Program-made: the position numbers and the translations under genes
Shown: piece by piece, positions 24,701 through 35,530 of the stretch
Layout: each line of letters starts with the position of its first letter
Numbering within the stretch: position 1 is the stretch's first letter
Assembly (NCBI RefSeq): GCF_964213995.1
Contig: NW_027590120.1
Location: 434,001 to 498,000, forward strand
Direction of reading: 5' to 3'
DNA: 64,000 nucleotides
Source of the DNA: Mustelus asterias
Lineage: Eukaryota
The notes under the pieces: generated by a model
What the model was told of the DNA's origin: nothing
The model's database searches: none
What the model saw: the letters and a program-made list of their open reading frames with translations, nothing else

Positions 24701-25186
24701 GCGTCCAGTTTACTTTCGGCCCTGTTGGATCGGCCGGCCTTGTCAATGATGCAGTTAAAGTCCCCACCCAGTATGATTGGCCTGGAGGTGGTGAGTAGCA
24801 GTGGCAGCTGTTCGAAGAGTGCCAGCCGCTCGGTCTTGATGGCAGGGGCATACACATTGATCAGCCTGAGAGGGCAGTTTTTGTACGTGACATCTGCTAC
24901 GAGGAGGCGTCCTCCCACCACCTCCTTAACTTCGGAGACGGTGAAGTTGCCCCCCCCGCAGCAGAATGCCTAGGCCTGATGAACGGCAGTCGTTCCCACC
25001 TGACCAGATGGACGGTCCGTGGGACCACACACTCGACCAGCGCCTGTAGTTGCTGAGGTGTGGTATTCCACACTCCTGCAGGAACAGCAGGTCGGCCTTG
25101 ATCTTGGCCAGGTAGGACAAGCTGGCCGCACATCTCAGGCTGTCTTTAACACTGCGAACATTTAAGGATGCAAACTTTAAAGACAT
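21778..25186 (-). pseudogene. Tx1 ORF2 (endonuclease-reverse transcriptase), one frameshift and one in-frame stop
   Basis: MSLKFASLNVRS...LQE, GGDFN, SRIDF, SDH, WRPISLLN, QGCPLS, YMDD, CPRSGC...H...C. Frameshift in the G-run at ~24950; TGA at 23278-23280 followed by in-frame continuation. Confidence 0.93.
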
Positions 25187-25224
25187 TTTAATGTTTAAGA
25201 GGTTTGTCAGTTCTTACGTGTCCT

Positions 25225-26617
25225 TCAGTCAGCCTCCTCCAGGTGCTGCATTCCTGTGGCGCTGACGAAATTCTGCAGGGCTGCAGGGCTGAGGTAGCAG
25301 TCCGACCCTGCCTCAGGTCCCCGACCACGACTGGGTGACATGGTCGGTGTCGTGTAGCCCTCGGTTGGTGCCGGGCTTGCGGGCCGATCTCCGCCTTGGG
25401 CGTTGTCGGTGTCCTCGTTCCTGTTGTCCGGGGTTTCGGGGGCCTCGGCCGCACTGCTGCATCCGTCGGCTGGATGGTCCCCGGCTGCTTTGTGGTCATT
25501 GGTCCGAGTCCATTGTGGTTCCCGTGCCGCTTTCCTAATGCACCGTTTGAGGCTTTGTCGGCTGCCCGCTTTCTTTTCCTCGTCTGAGGAGACGTCGCCC
25601 CTGGAGACCCTGGCTGCGCAGGATTTCCTTTTCTGGGTGCTTTTCTTCTTCTTTACCACCTGCCAGGGGCCCTCGGGATCTCCGTTCTCCTGCTCCATGT
25701 CCTCTGCGCCCTCTGCTGGTGGTGGTGTGGATGTGTCATCATCCTGCTGCACTGGGGGGGGGGGGGGGGGGGGGCACCTTTGCTTCAGAAGCTTTCTCCG
25801 TGCCAGGATCTTTTGCGGTGGGCTTCTTGTTCCCTGAGGCGGCAGGAGCACTCGCCTTCCTCGCTCCGCCTCCGGTGATCTGGGCGTAAGTGACCTTCCG
25901 CTTGGGGCAGACTCTGTAAACGCGGCCAGTCTCCCCACACAGGGTGCAACATTTGCTGTCTTTGCACTCGTCGGTCGAGTGCCCCTCCTTCAGGCAGTTT
26001 CTGCATACGGTGACACTGCAGCTCGCGGCAAAATGGCCGGTTTTGCCACAGTTGCGGCACAGTCGTGGCTGGCCCGTGTAGTACAGGAAGCCTCGATTCC
26101 CTCCGATGGTAAAATTGGAGGGCGGGTGCAGAAGGCCTCCCTTGGGGTCAGTCTTCAGGGTGACTCTCACCTACCTTTTACAGGTCCATATTCCATACTG
26201 GTCCATGACGTCCACGCTCTCTCCCTTCACCTCCACGTACCGGGAGAGGAACGTCAGCACGTCAGCCGCAGGGACGTAGTGGTTATACATTTGGAATGTG
26301 ATAACCCGGTTCCGCTGGGACGGCATGGTGAACAGGGGCTCCGCCGTCAGGATAGAGAGGGGCTCCTCTTTGCCTTTCTCCTTCACCGCTGTCAGGAGCT
26401 TGACGCATCCTGACAGGCTTCTGAAGCTGACATCCACATGTGGCGGCTTGCTGTACTCAGCCACACCATAGATGTCTGCTGCTTGGAATCCGCAGCACTC
26501 GAACAATACCTTCTTCACGAGGTAATCGCGGCCCAGAGGCGAGCCTCCTCCCGAAGGCTTCACCCGGATGGTGTTGGGCTGCCTTTGGCCTGTAGCTTTC
26601 AGAGCAGCTGCAGCCAT
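25225..26617 (-). pseudogene. Tx1 ORF1 (ZCCHC3-like zinc-knuckle protein), one in-frame TAG and a homopolymer frameshift
   Basis: CRNCGKTGHFAASC, CRNCLKEGHSTDEC, CTLCGETGRVYRVC. TAG at 26171-26173; frameshift in the homopolymer at ~25754-25774. Confidence 0.88.
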
Positions 26618-26819
26618 AGCTCGAAAACACTGAGTCTTACTGTACCGGCGTTAGGTCCAAGCCAGAGGCTTGAAACCAGCATAAAGGTCCACCAGTAGCA
26701 GCAGAGCTCAAGTGTTGCAGACGGTCGTCTGCCGGTCGTCTGACGCCTGCTTCTTCAATCCACAATCCCCATCGAAACTCGATAGCTCCTTGCGAAATCC
26801 GAGCCCTTGGCTTTGATCA

Positions 26820-26854
26820 TACACTTGATCTTAGCCAAAAGGCCGAGAAGCGAT
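26820..26854 (-). ncRNA. U2 snRNA 5' fragment (nt 1-35) as the 5' end of the Tx1 element; not a U2 gene
   Basis: Reverse complement reads ATCGCTTCTCGGCCTTTTGGCTAAGATCAAGTGTA, matching the vertebrate U2 5' end. No U2 3' part is present. Confidence 0.95.
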
Positions 26855-27690
26855 CGTCTCTCTTGCCCGTGACGCTCCTTGCATTGAAGCAGATGCACTC
26901 CAGACCTCCAGGCTCACTGAGGTCATCCTCCCCCAGAATGCTCTTCCTCTTAGGTAGCCTTGTCTTGTCCCCAGCCTCTATGCTTATTGACCTATTGTTC
27001 TGATCCCCCCCCCCCCCGCCACATTAGTTTAAACCCACCCGAACCGCACTCGCAAAACTCCCAACTAGGATATTCTTGCCCCTCCAGTTTAGGTGTAACC
27101 CATCCTTCTTGTACAGGTGCCATCCTCTCTTGAAGACTTTCCAGTGATCCACGAATTTGAATCCCTCCCTCCTGCACCAGTCTTTTAGCCACGTGTTCAG
27201 CTTTACAATCTCCCAGTTCCTCGCCTCACCAGCTTGTGGCACTGGGAGTTGTCCAGAGATCGCTACCCTTAGAGGTCCTGCTTTTCAGCCTACTACCCAA
27301 CTCCCTGAATTGCTCTCTCAGGACCTCCCTGCTCTTTCTGCCTATGTCATTTGCACCAATGTGGACAATGATGTCTGTCTGGTTACCCGCCCCTTTTAGG
27401 ATGCTTCCTTCCCGTTAAGAGACATCCAGGACCCTGGTACCAGGGAAGCAGACTACCATCCTGGAGTCTCGTTCACGCCCAGAGAACCGCCTGCCTGTGC
27501 CTCTAACTGTTGCATCCCCACTACTATTGCTCTCATAGTCCCCCCTCTTTCCCTTCTGAGCCACAGAGCCCGAATCCGTGCCAGTGACCCAGTCACCGTG
27601 GCTTCCCCCTGGAGGGTCATCCCCCCCCCCCCCCCACCCCACAGTATCCAAAACTGTATACTTATTCTGGAGGGGGACAACCCCTCCATT
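26855..27690 (-). mobile_element. CR1 LINE 5' part: ORF1 esterase region and start of ORF2, cut by the Tx1 element
   Basis: VVCFPGTRV, WLKDWCRREGF and KDGLHLN (SGNH-like). ORF2 start GLECICFNARSVTGKRD abuts U2 +1. Confidence 0.85.
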
Positions 27691-27719
27691 CGTCAGATCT
27701 CGAAGCTTAAGTCCTGAAG

Positions 27720-28330
27720 AATATTCAGGCTTAACCTGATAAATGGCAAGTAATGTTTCACTGCACAAGTGCCAGGCAAGGACCATCTCCAACAGAAAGG
27801 AATCTAACCATATTCCCTTTACTTTGAATGGCAGCACCATTGCTGAATCCTTAACCATCAACATCCTGGCTGGTGGGGGCACACTGGGACCATTGGCCAG
27901 ACACGGAACTGTAAACGCTACGGCTCCAAGAGTTGGTCAGAGTCTGTGAATTCAGATGAGCAATTTGCTTCCTGTTTCTCAAATGCTTGTCCTCCATCTA
28001 CAAGGCACAAATCAGCAGTATGATGGAATCCACTCATCTTGATGGAATGAGTGCAGCTTCAAAAACACTCAAGAAACTCATCCATGACAAAGGAGCCACT
28101 GGATCAGCAGGCCGTTTACCAAATTAAACATTGACTCCACCACTGACACACAGTGGCAGCATTGTGTACCACATACAAGGTGGACTGTAGCAACTCACCA
28201 GGGCTCCTGAGACAGCATCTTCCAAACACGTACTACCTATCACCTAGATGGGCAAAGATATCAGATGAATGGAACAACAACGACCTTCAGATTCCCTTCC
28301 GAGCCAGACACCATCCTGACTTGGAATATA
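27720..28330 (+). mobile_element. Degraded LINE 3' region (CR1/L2 superfamily), host of the second U2-SINE
   Basis: aagtgccaggcaaggaccatctccaaca and catctacaaggcacaa motifs, ending caccatcctgacttggaa; the repeat resumes after 28650. Confidence 0.55.
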
Positions 28331-28649
28331 TTCGCTTCTCGGCCTTTTGGCTAAGATCAAGTGTAGTATGGATTGGATGCTGCACTTGGCTGAGGTCATT
28401 ATGTTACACTGAAGCTTCATATGTTTCATATCAAGCAATTTTTAATAGCGGCACCTCGGCCTTTTGGCTAAGATGCAAATGAGCTCAAGTCTTGGAGGAG
28501 GTGTTGCTTTGCTCCTCCAATCAGCTTGCCTCATGTAGATCAGGCCCAGGACAGGGTGGTTTGGTCGCTCGCCCTGTCTTGTCAGCCTGGATCTGAAATG
28601 TCTCAACTTGTTGAGACTTTGAATTGGATTTGATTTGATTGAATTGGAA
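28331..28649 (+). mobile_element. U2 snRNA-headed SINE-like element, copy 2 (near full length)
   Basis: U2 nt 2-39 at 28332-28369, second U2 piece (nt 8-27) at 28455-28474. Candidate TSD ttggaatat at 28321-28329 and 28644-28652. Confidence 0.88.
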
Positions 28650-28799
28650 TATTGCTTTTGCATCAGTGCTGTGGGATCAAATCCTGGACATCTCTTCCTA
28701 ACGGCATTGTACCAGATGGCTGCAGATTTTAAGAAGTTGATTCACCACCACCTTCTCTAGGGCAATTGGGGATGGGCTACAAGTCCTCGCATTGCCAAT

Positions 28800-30130
28800 G
28801 ACACCATGAAGGTCACCAATCTCTCGCTGGAGGATGTCATTTATGTTCATACCTGAGACATGGTAACACTGCTGGCCTGGATTGACTCCTCCATGCTTCA
28901 TGTATGGAGACACGTAGCCTTTGTAAACTCCACCAGATGTTCAAACAGCTTACGCTGCAGCTCCAGTATCTGCCGCCTTGTTAAAGACTTTAGTGATTTT
29001 TCATCTTCCTGAAGCTGGCAATACTCTGTCCTCAGAGTGTGAGTGAACTCAGCTATTACTGCCTCCATCAGCTGCTCGGGTTTCTCTGTGCTGTCCTGTG
29101 CTGCCAGATTGTGACCCCTTTGCTAATCGCGTGAGACAGTATCTGCTCTGGTGGAGGTCACGGTGGAATAATATGACAGTGCATCCTCTGAGGACCCTTC
29201 CTCATCTTCCGAGATAGATACCTGTCTCCCGCTCACCGCAGCTGTTGATTTGTGAGAGTGAAGAATGTTCGAGGTTAATGCACATTCCAACATGTCCTGC
29301 AGACTGTTCCAAATCTGGAACTCCATGTGACCAATGGTGAATACACAGGCTCTAGGTTTTGGTCTCAGCAGCAGAGTCTCTCCTGTGTCCATCCATTCAC
29401 TCACTCACTCTCTCTGGATCCACAACCCATCTCACCATCAGCGATTGCCCACCCAGCCTCCAGGTCTCCCAGCTCCAGCACTTCATCTTCCATTGGCATA
29501 AGGATGACACAATCCGCACACTGTCACTCTTGGCTCCTTCTCTGACATTTTGTGCTCTCTTCTACAAGCACATAAATTTACATTGTTACTCACCCATCGA
29601 AGACACGCCCTATCCTATGGGTGCTGCCTGCCTGACAGACCATCATGAGACCACCAGGCTGGTCACTCAGACTCGGCAGTACAGCAGTCACCTCTGACTG
29701 ACCAGAACCCTTCACAGAGAGGCTGGCATGTTCCTGACAGTCAATGCTGCTGTCAGATACATTGCCAAAGTATCTGGATTTCTCTTTCATTCTCATACAC
29801 ACATCAGCCTGTAGGTTTAACGCTCACCTTGTCAGAACATTTCAGTTTATTGATCCTTTTGCCTCACGGCAACCACGTACTGCCTGCTCAGGCCCTCGGC
29901 AGTTTCCATGCAGATCTGCTTGGGTTGATGTGACAGATCTCCTCCTCCAGTCCTGAGGGAACAGAACCTCCCTCCAAATCCATATAGCCTTGAGAATTTC
30001 CAGGGAAGTGTCAGCGAATTGGGTTTAATCTGCCTTCTGCCATTTCAGCCCTTTGTTCATTAACCAGGGCTCCCTCACTGGTCTCTGCAGAGCTGCTGCC
30101 TTGGAAAGTGCTGCTGGCTGCCTTTAAATA
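28800..30130 (-). pseudogene. Decayed Harbinger-type Myb/SANT gene remnants
   Basis: Exon ~29828-30043 gives fragments FADTSLEIL / EEVLFPQDWRRR / GKRIN with donor gtgagc, resembling Myb/SANT-like domains of PIF/Harbinger elements. Heavily frameshifted. Confidence 0.45.
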
Positions 30131-30659
30131 TGGTGCCAGCATTGCCTGAACCGGATCTTCCTCTGCAGCGAGTGGTTGAGGTCTGGAATGCACAGGGTTA
30201 CAGGGAGAAGGTGGGGAAATGACATTTAGTGCATTGCTCATTGGAGAGTCAGTGCAGACACCATGGGCCGAATGGCCTCCTTCTGCTCTGTAACAATTCT
30301 CTGATTCTGCCTGTGTTGCTTGAGTGGCGGCTTCCCCTCGCCGGTCAGACATTAATGTGCTGGTTCGAACTATCGTGTTGGGTTTGTTCCATTGGTTCGG
30401 TGTCTACAGTGTGATGTAAAATGACGTTAATGAAGTGGGTTTGATCCCTGTACCGGCTATGGGAGTTCATGGAGTCCCACCTCCTCCCATTGCCCCACAT
30501 TTACTGAGTTGTGTCCCTGAAACTACAAATAATAAATTGTCTCATACTGACCTGCAGGAGTCTGGAGTGTATCTGGTGAGTGTTTTTGTTGTTTTTTAGT
30601 GTAGTAATTAAAATATCAATTGGATTTAAAATATGAAGCTGCTGCATATTTCTCCCGGG

Positions 30660-31015
30660 ATCTTCAGCACAGTGACTCCAGGGAGCTCAATCAGAACAGA
30701 GTAGAATCAGGGAAGAGAGAGCACACGCCCTATTTACAGCACAGTGACCCTGGGAGCTGCATCAGAGCAGAGCATAGACAGGGAAGAGAGAGTACACACC
30801 CTATTTACAGCACAGTGACTCCGGGGAACTCCGTCACAGCAGAGTAGAGTTGGGGAAGAGTGAGCACACACCCTATTTACAGCACAGTGACCCCGGGGAA
30901 CTCTGTCACAGCAGAGTAGAGTTGGGGAAGAGAGAGCACACACCCTATTTACAGCACAGTGACTCCGGGGAACTCCGTCACAGCAGAGTAGAGTTGGGGA
31001 AGAGAGAGCACATAC
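30660..31015. repeat. ~72-bp minisatellite, 5 copies
   Basis: cacagtga recurs at 30668, 30740, 30811, 30883 and 30955. Confidence 0.92.
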
Positions 31016-32059
31016 CCTGCACTGCGATAAGGTTAAAGGTCCAGACAATTAATGTTACTGAATACTGGTGTTTAAAGCCAGTTGAATGGTTCGTCGGGGA
31101 CGAGGGAACAGGACAGAAGAATAGTTGTGGGACTCAGGGGAGTTGGGGGGGTTTAGTTCTGGTTCATTGGGGGATGTTAGTTGGGGGTTTTGGATGGTGA
31201 TCATGTCATTGGGATCTAGTGGGATCTGGCTGAGTGCTGGGTTTTGTGGTTGATTAGGAGAATTGGAGAAGGCAGTGGAGTCACGTTGGGTCAGGGATAA
31301 TGAAGATAAACCAGGTTATCCAAGGTTGTTGTATGCTGGTCAGTGGGCGTGATTGGATGAATCGGTTGTGGCGTTACTCAGGTATTAGATTAGATTGTGC
31401 GCTGTCTAACATTACCTGAGTAACTATCCAGGTGATCATGTGAATCTGTCCCAAGTCTCCGATTCTAACTGCGAGTCAGAGATATTCACCCAGGGTCGCG
31501 GGCAGCAGGAAAATTCTCCATTGGCAATTTAAACCTCTCAGGCATTTCCGAGGTAGATCCGTGCGTCAGGACATCCAAAGGGTCCCGATGCTCATCTTCA
31601 GTTGTGTGTCTGGTCTCTGGCGATCCAGCAACCAGAAGATTTGTCCCATTAGCTCCAGTCTCCTGTTATTTACTCTGTTGTTCAATCTGTTTATTTTCTG
31701 TTTCTTCTTTAATCTATTTCAGGCTGAGGAGTAATCAGTTCAGTCCAAATGGAGAGAGACACCTGGAGTCACTGCGGGGATCCAGACCGGGACTGGAAGT
31801 GTTCGTGTGAACATTACAATTTATAAACATTGCTGCTCCACCGCGTGCAGTGAATTCCTGAACTGTGCAGTTCTGTGCACCATTTTTGTCTCCACATTGA
31901 AAGAACAATTGCTGCAAACCATTGTTTAAACAGCAATGCGTTGTCAGTGTTCTCAGCAATAAAGTCTTCACCCTCCTTTCAAAAGGGAGCAGCTAAGATA
32001 ATTCTCCAGAGAGAGAACAGTGGATGTGTGTGTGTGAGAGAGAGAAATTCTAACAGTAC

Positions 32060-32197
32060 CCAGCAGAGGGCAGATTGGTCAATCTTGTCAGAGTTTCCTC
32101 TCTGTCTCTGTGAATGAATTAAAGGCTCCACCAGCCTCTGCTCAAAACCTCTTTCATTGTCTTGTGATTAAAGTGATACAATGCCACCATCTGCTGG
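32060..32197. promoter_or_regulatory. Two convergent CTCF-like motifs
   Basis: CCAGCAGAGGGCAG (+, 32060-32073) and CCAGCAGATGGTGG (-, 32184-32197). Confidence 0.45.
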
Positions 32198-34319
32198 CGT
32201 TTCACAGCTACTACAGGCACTGCACTTTGTGAGACCCAGACAGGTTCAGTACCTCCCATGTCTGCATCTGGGAATCGGTTGCTGAAGTGTGAATATTGAA
32301 CAATATTGTCAGGGATTGAAGTTTGCAGCAGGAACCTCGGCTGGTGAATTAACCCTTTTATCACCAGACATTGTACATGAGCTCGGTTTCCTGATTTGGG
32401 AGATATTGTCTGGAGATTGTCGATGGGGATGATCTCAGACTGTAATGTGCACATTTGGTGCAGTTATCAGACACTAATCCCATTCAGAATGGGAGTGGGT
32501 AAACTGTGCTGCACTCTGTAATTCCTGTATCAGACATTGTCAATGTTAATCTTCCACGATGGATCTTGCTAACGGTTTTTTAATATTTCCAAGATAACTG
32601 CCTCAATTTCACAGACTGATTCTTTCAACATTGAAAACACAAACATTTTAAGACACAATGACAGCCTTTATTCGCATTTTGTTTGTTCTCTGGCAAACAA
32701 AAATCAGTTCTAAACAAACTATTCCCATGTTGCAGCTCTTGCTGTACAATTCCACAGGTTTCGGTGATGCAGAGAGCAGCTCCATTGGAATCCAAATCCG
32801 CCCCTCCATCCCCGTTTACCCTGTCAGTTATCAACCTCAACAATGCTTCCCACATATTTATTAGGAAAAGTTTCAGTGTTGACGCTGGTGAAGCAGGGTG
32901 ACCATTCCTTAACCCACAACAAACACACACACACACGGTAAATGTTACTTCAATTATTTCTGGAACTGTTAATATCCCGAATGCACGGGTTGGTTAAGAT
33001 GATTCCAATACAAAAGTGGAAAGTGTTTCTGCTTTATAATCTCAACCTCACACAGACAATGACATTCCCACACAAAAACACACTATCACAAACATAATCT
33101 CACACAGAGCAATGTACACAGAGACACAATCATGAAAGCAATCACATACAGACACACGATCAGACACATACACACATCTGCAAATCCTATACACATCCCT
33201 CCAGACACACACAAAGATGCACACAGACACAAACTGAAACCCACACACATTTACACACTGACATGCTCACAGACACAGAGAAACACATTCAAACACACAC
33301 AAACCCACACACTTGCACATTCTTAGCCACGGGCTGACACACAGAAAGACTTACAGAGACAAACACAGAATCTGACTTAAATACACACAACACACAGCAA
33401 TACACCCACAGAAAGGCAGAGCACAAACCACAGCAAGCAACAAACACATGGACTGCAGTGGTTAACGAATTCTCAGCACCTCGAAGCCAAATGGAATTCA
33501 AGCTGGACAACAAGTGATCATGTTTCTTCTGAAACCGACATTCCTGAAACGAAAGCAAAAAAAGGAACACTGTCGTAGCATTGCAGAAGATGCAGTTTCC
33601 CCTTTCCTTGTTCCTTATATCTCACTGAGCAGATGCAGAGCTATAGCATAGAAAGCTCGAATTCACAATTCCTGTCTGTTCCTGCACACTCACCTTCGCT
33701 TTATTTAATTTTTGAATGCATGATTTATTTTGGATTATCCAAAGATCTCAGGACAGATGCATGATGTCAAATATTACCATTATTTATAAATCTGTTTGTT
33801 TTACCATGACAGATATTACCTGACGTTTGCCAGTTAGTTGCTTTTCATCCATCTGCAGTTGCAGCTGCCGGCGCTGAAAAGTGGACAGATATTCAACACC
33901 ATTAAAAGCGTCACATTGAATCAGGGAAATTCTTCAAAGACTATTAATTAATTACTTTCAAATTAGTATCATTCCTTCAGAACAATCTATTCATTTCATC
34001 CATTACTATAATTTAAATGAACTTTATTGTGTTGTCTGGTCTGTGCTAGTTTTAGCTTAATACTGCTCAGTCTGTGACATGATCTATGTTATTGAGTCTT
34101 GGAAGAGAAAAGGTTAATGCTGCTGCTCTGTAATTGTAATGAATATTCCTCATTTTATAATCGGTATAACAGTAGTAATTTGCAATTAAATTCTAGTTGG
34201 GGAATTAGTCAAATGCTAATTGGGAATCATTAGAATCCTGAAACTAATACGTACACTGAAGCGAATAAAGAGCGGGGGGCTAATATAAATACTGGAGCTA
34301 ACAATGAGCGTCACATTAA

Positions 34320-34925
34320 AAAGACCATAAAACCATAAAATGTAGGAGCAAAATTCAGCTATTCTGCTCATCGAGTCTACTCTGCCATTTAATTATGGCT
34401 GAAAAATTTCTCAACCCCATTATCCCACCTTTTCCCCATAACATTTGATCCCCTAACCAATAAAGAACGCATCTATCTCTGTCTTGAATACACTCAATGA
34501 ACTGGCCCGCACAACCTTTTGTGGCAATGAATTCCATCGATACACCACCCTTTGGCTGAAGAAAGTCCTCATCTCGATGCAAAAGGGTTGTTCCTTTTTC
34601 CTGGGCTGCGCCCTCGGATCATTGTCTCTCCTACGAGTGGAAGCATCTTCCCCACATCCACTCTATCCGGGTCTTTCAGTCTTCTGTAAGTTTCAATACG
34701 AGCCCCCCAACCCTTATCCTTCAAAACTCCATCGAGTTCAGACCCAGAGTCCTCAAACAGTCCTCATACATCAAGCTGCTCATTTCCGGGATCATTCCCG
34801 TGAACTTCCTCTTGACCATCTCCAGAACCAGCACATCCTTTCTCTGAGACAGAGCCCAAAATTGCTCACAATACTCCAAATATGGTCTGACCAGAGCTTA
34901 GAAAGCGTCAGCAGTACATCCCTGG
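34320..34925 (-). mobile_element. CR1 LINE 3' fragment
   Basis: CR1 3' coding remnants and tail on the minus strand. Confidence 0.75.
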
Positions 34926-35304
34926 GTTTGACGGCACGGGTTATTTCAATTTCTAAATGTTGGAAAGACCTTGAGGTGAACAATTGAAACTCAGCTGATA
35001 AAGTTATTTTTACATATCAATGTCCCAGATTGGTTTGTTGTGGTTGGCCTAACAGGAGGAGATTCAGGTACAGTTTCCAGTCGCTTTCTCATCCGCTGGG
35101 AGTTGAATTGATTTAACTGCTGTCTGTGATCGCCTTGAACAAATATTAAATTGGAGAGATGATAAAGTTTGAATTGTAATATCTAATGGTGTAAAGTATC
35201 TGGGAGCAGAGTGGATTTGATAAAGGCTGGATTACAGACTGGGGGAATTAGAGTGAAGCTGTTGTGCTGAGTGAATGATTCTTGTACGGAGATATGAGAG
35301 AGAA

Positions 35305-35530
35305 GGATGAATGAAGGGAGGGAGGGAGAGATGGGAGAGAGGGATGGATGGGAGGGTGAAATGGATGCAGAAAGGGAGGGAGGGATGGATTGAGGGAGGG
35401 AGAGATGGATTGAGGGAGGGAGAGATTGATGGAGAGTGGGAGCGATGGGGAGAGGAATGGATGGATAAAGGGATGGAGGGAGGGAGGAATTGATGGAGAG
35501 ATGGAGGGAGGGTGAGATGGATGGAGGGAA
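35305..35530. repeat. GGAT/GGAG simple repeat
   Basis: Direct inspection. Confidence 0.85.

Larger units (their letters stand above)
21489..26854 (-). mobile_element. Full-length Tx1-clade (Keno-like) non-LTR retrotransposon beginning with U2 snRNA nt 1-35
   Basis: U2 head, 5' UTR, ORF1 (3 zinc knuckles), ORF2 (APE, RT YMDD, C-terminal CCHC), and a 3' UTR with AATAAA and an oligo(A) end at ~21488-21500. Confidence 0.92.

Noticed and set aside
26820-26930. Functional U2 snRNA gene
   Set aside because: Only nt 1-35 are present, and the upstream DNA is CR1 coding sequence rather than a PSE.
30660-31015. Array of CACAGTG heptamers as RSSs or a CRISPR-like array
   Set aside because: No nonamer at 12 or 23 nt, and the units are whole-length tandem repeats without unique spacers.
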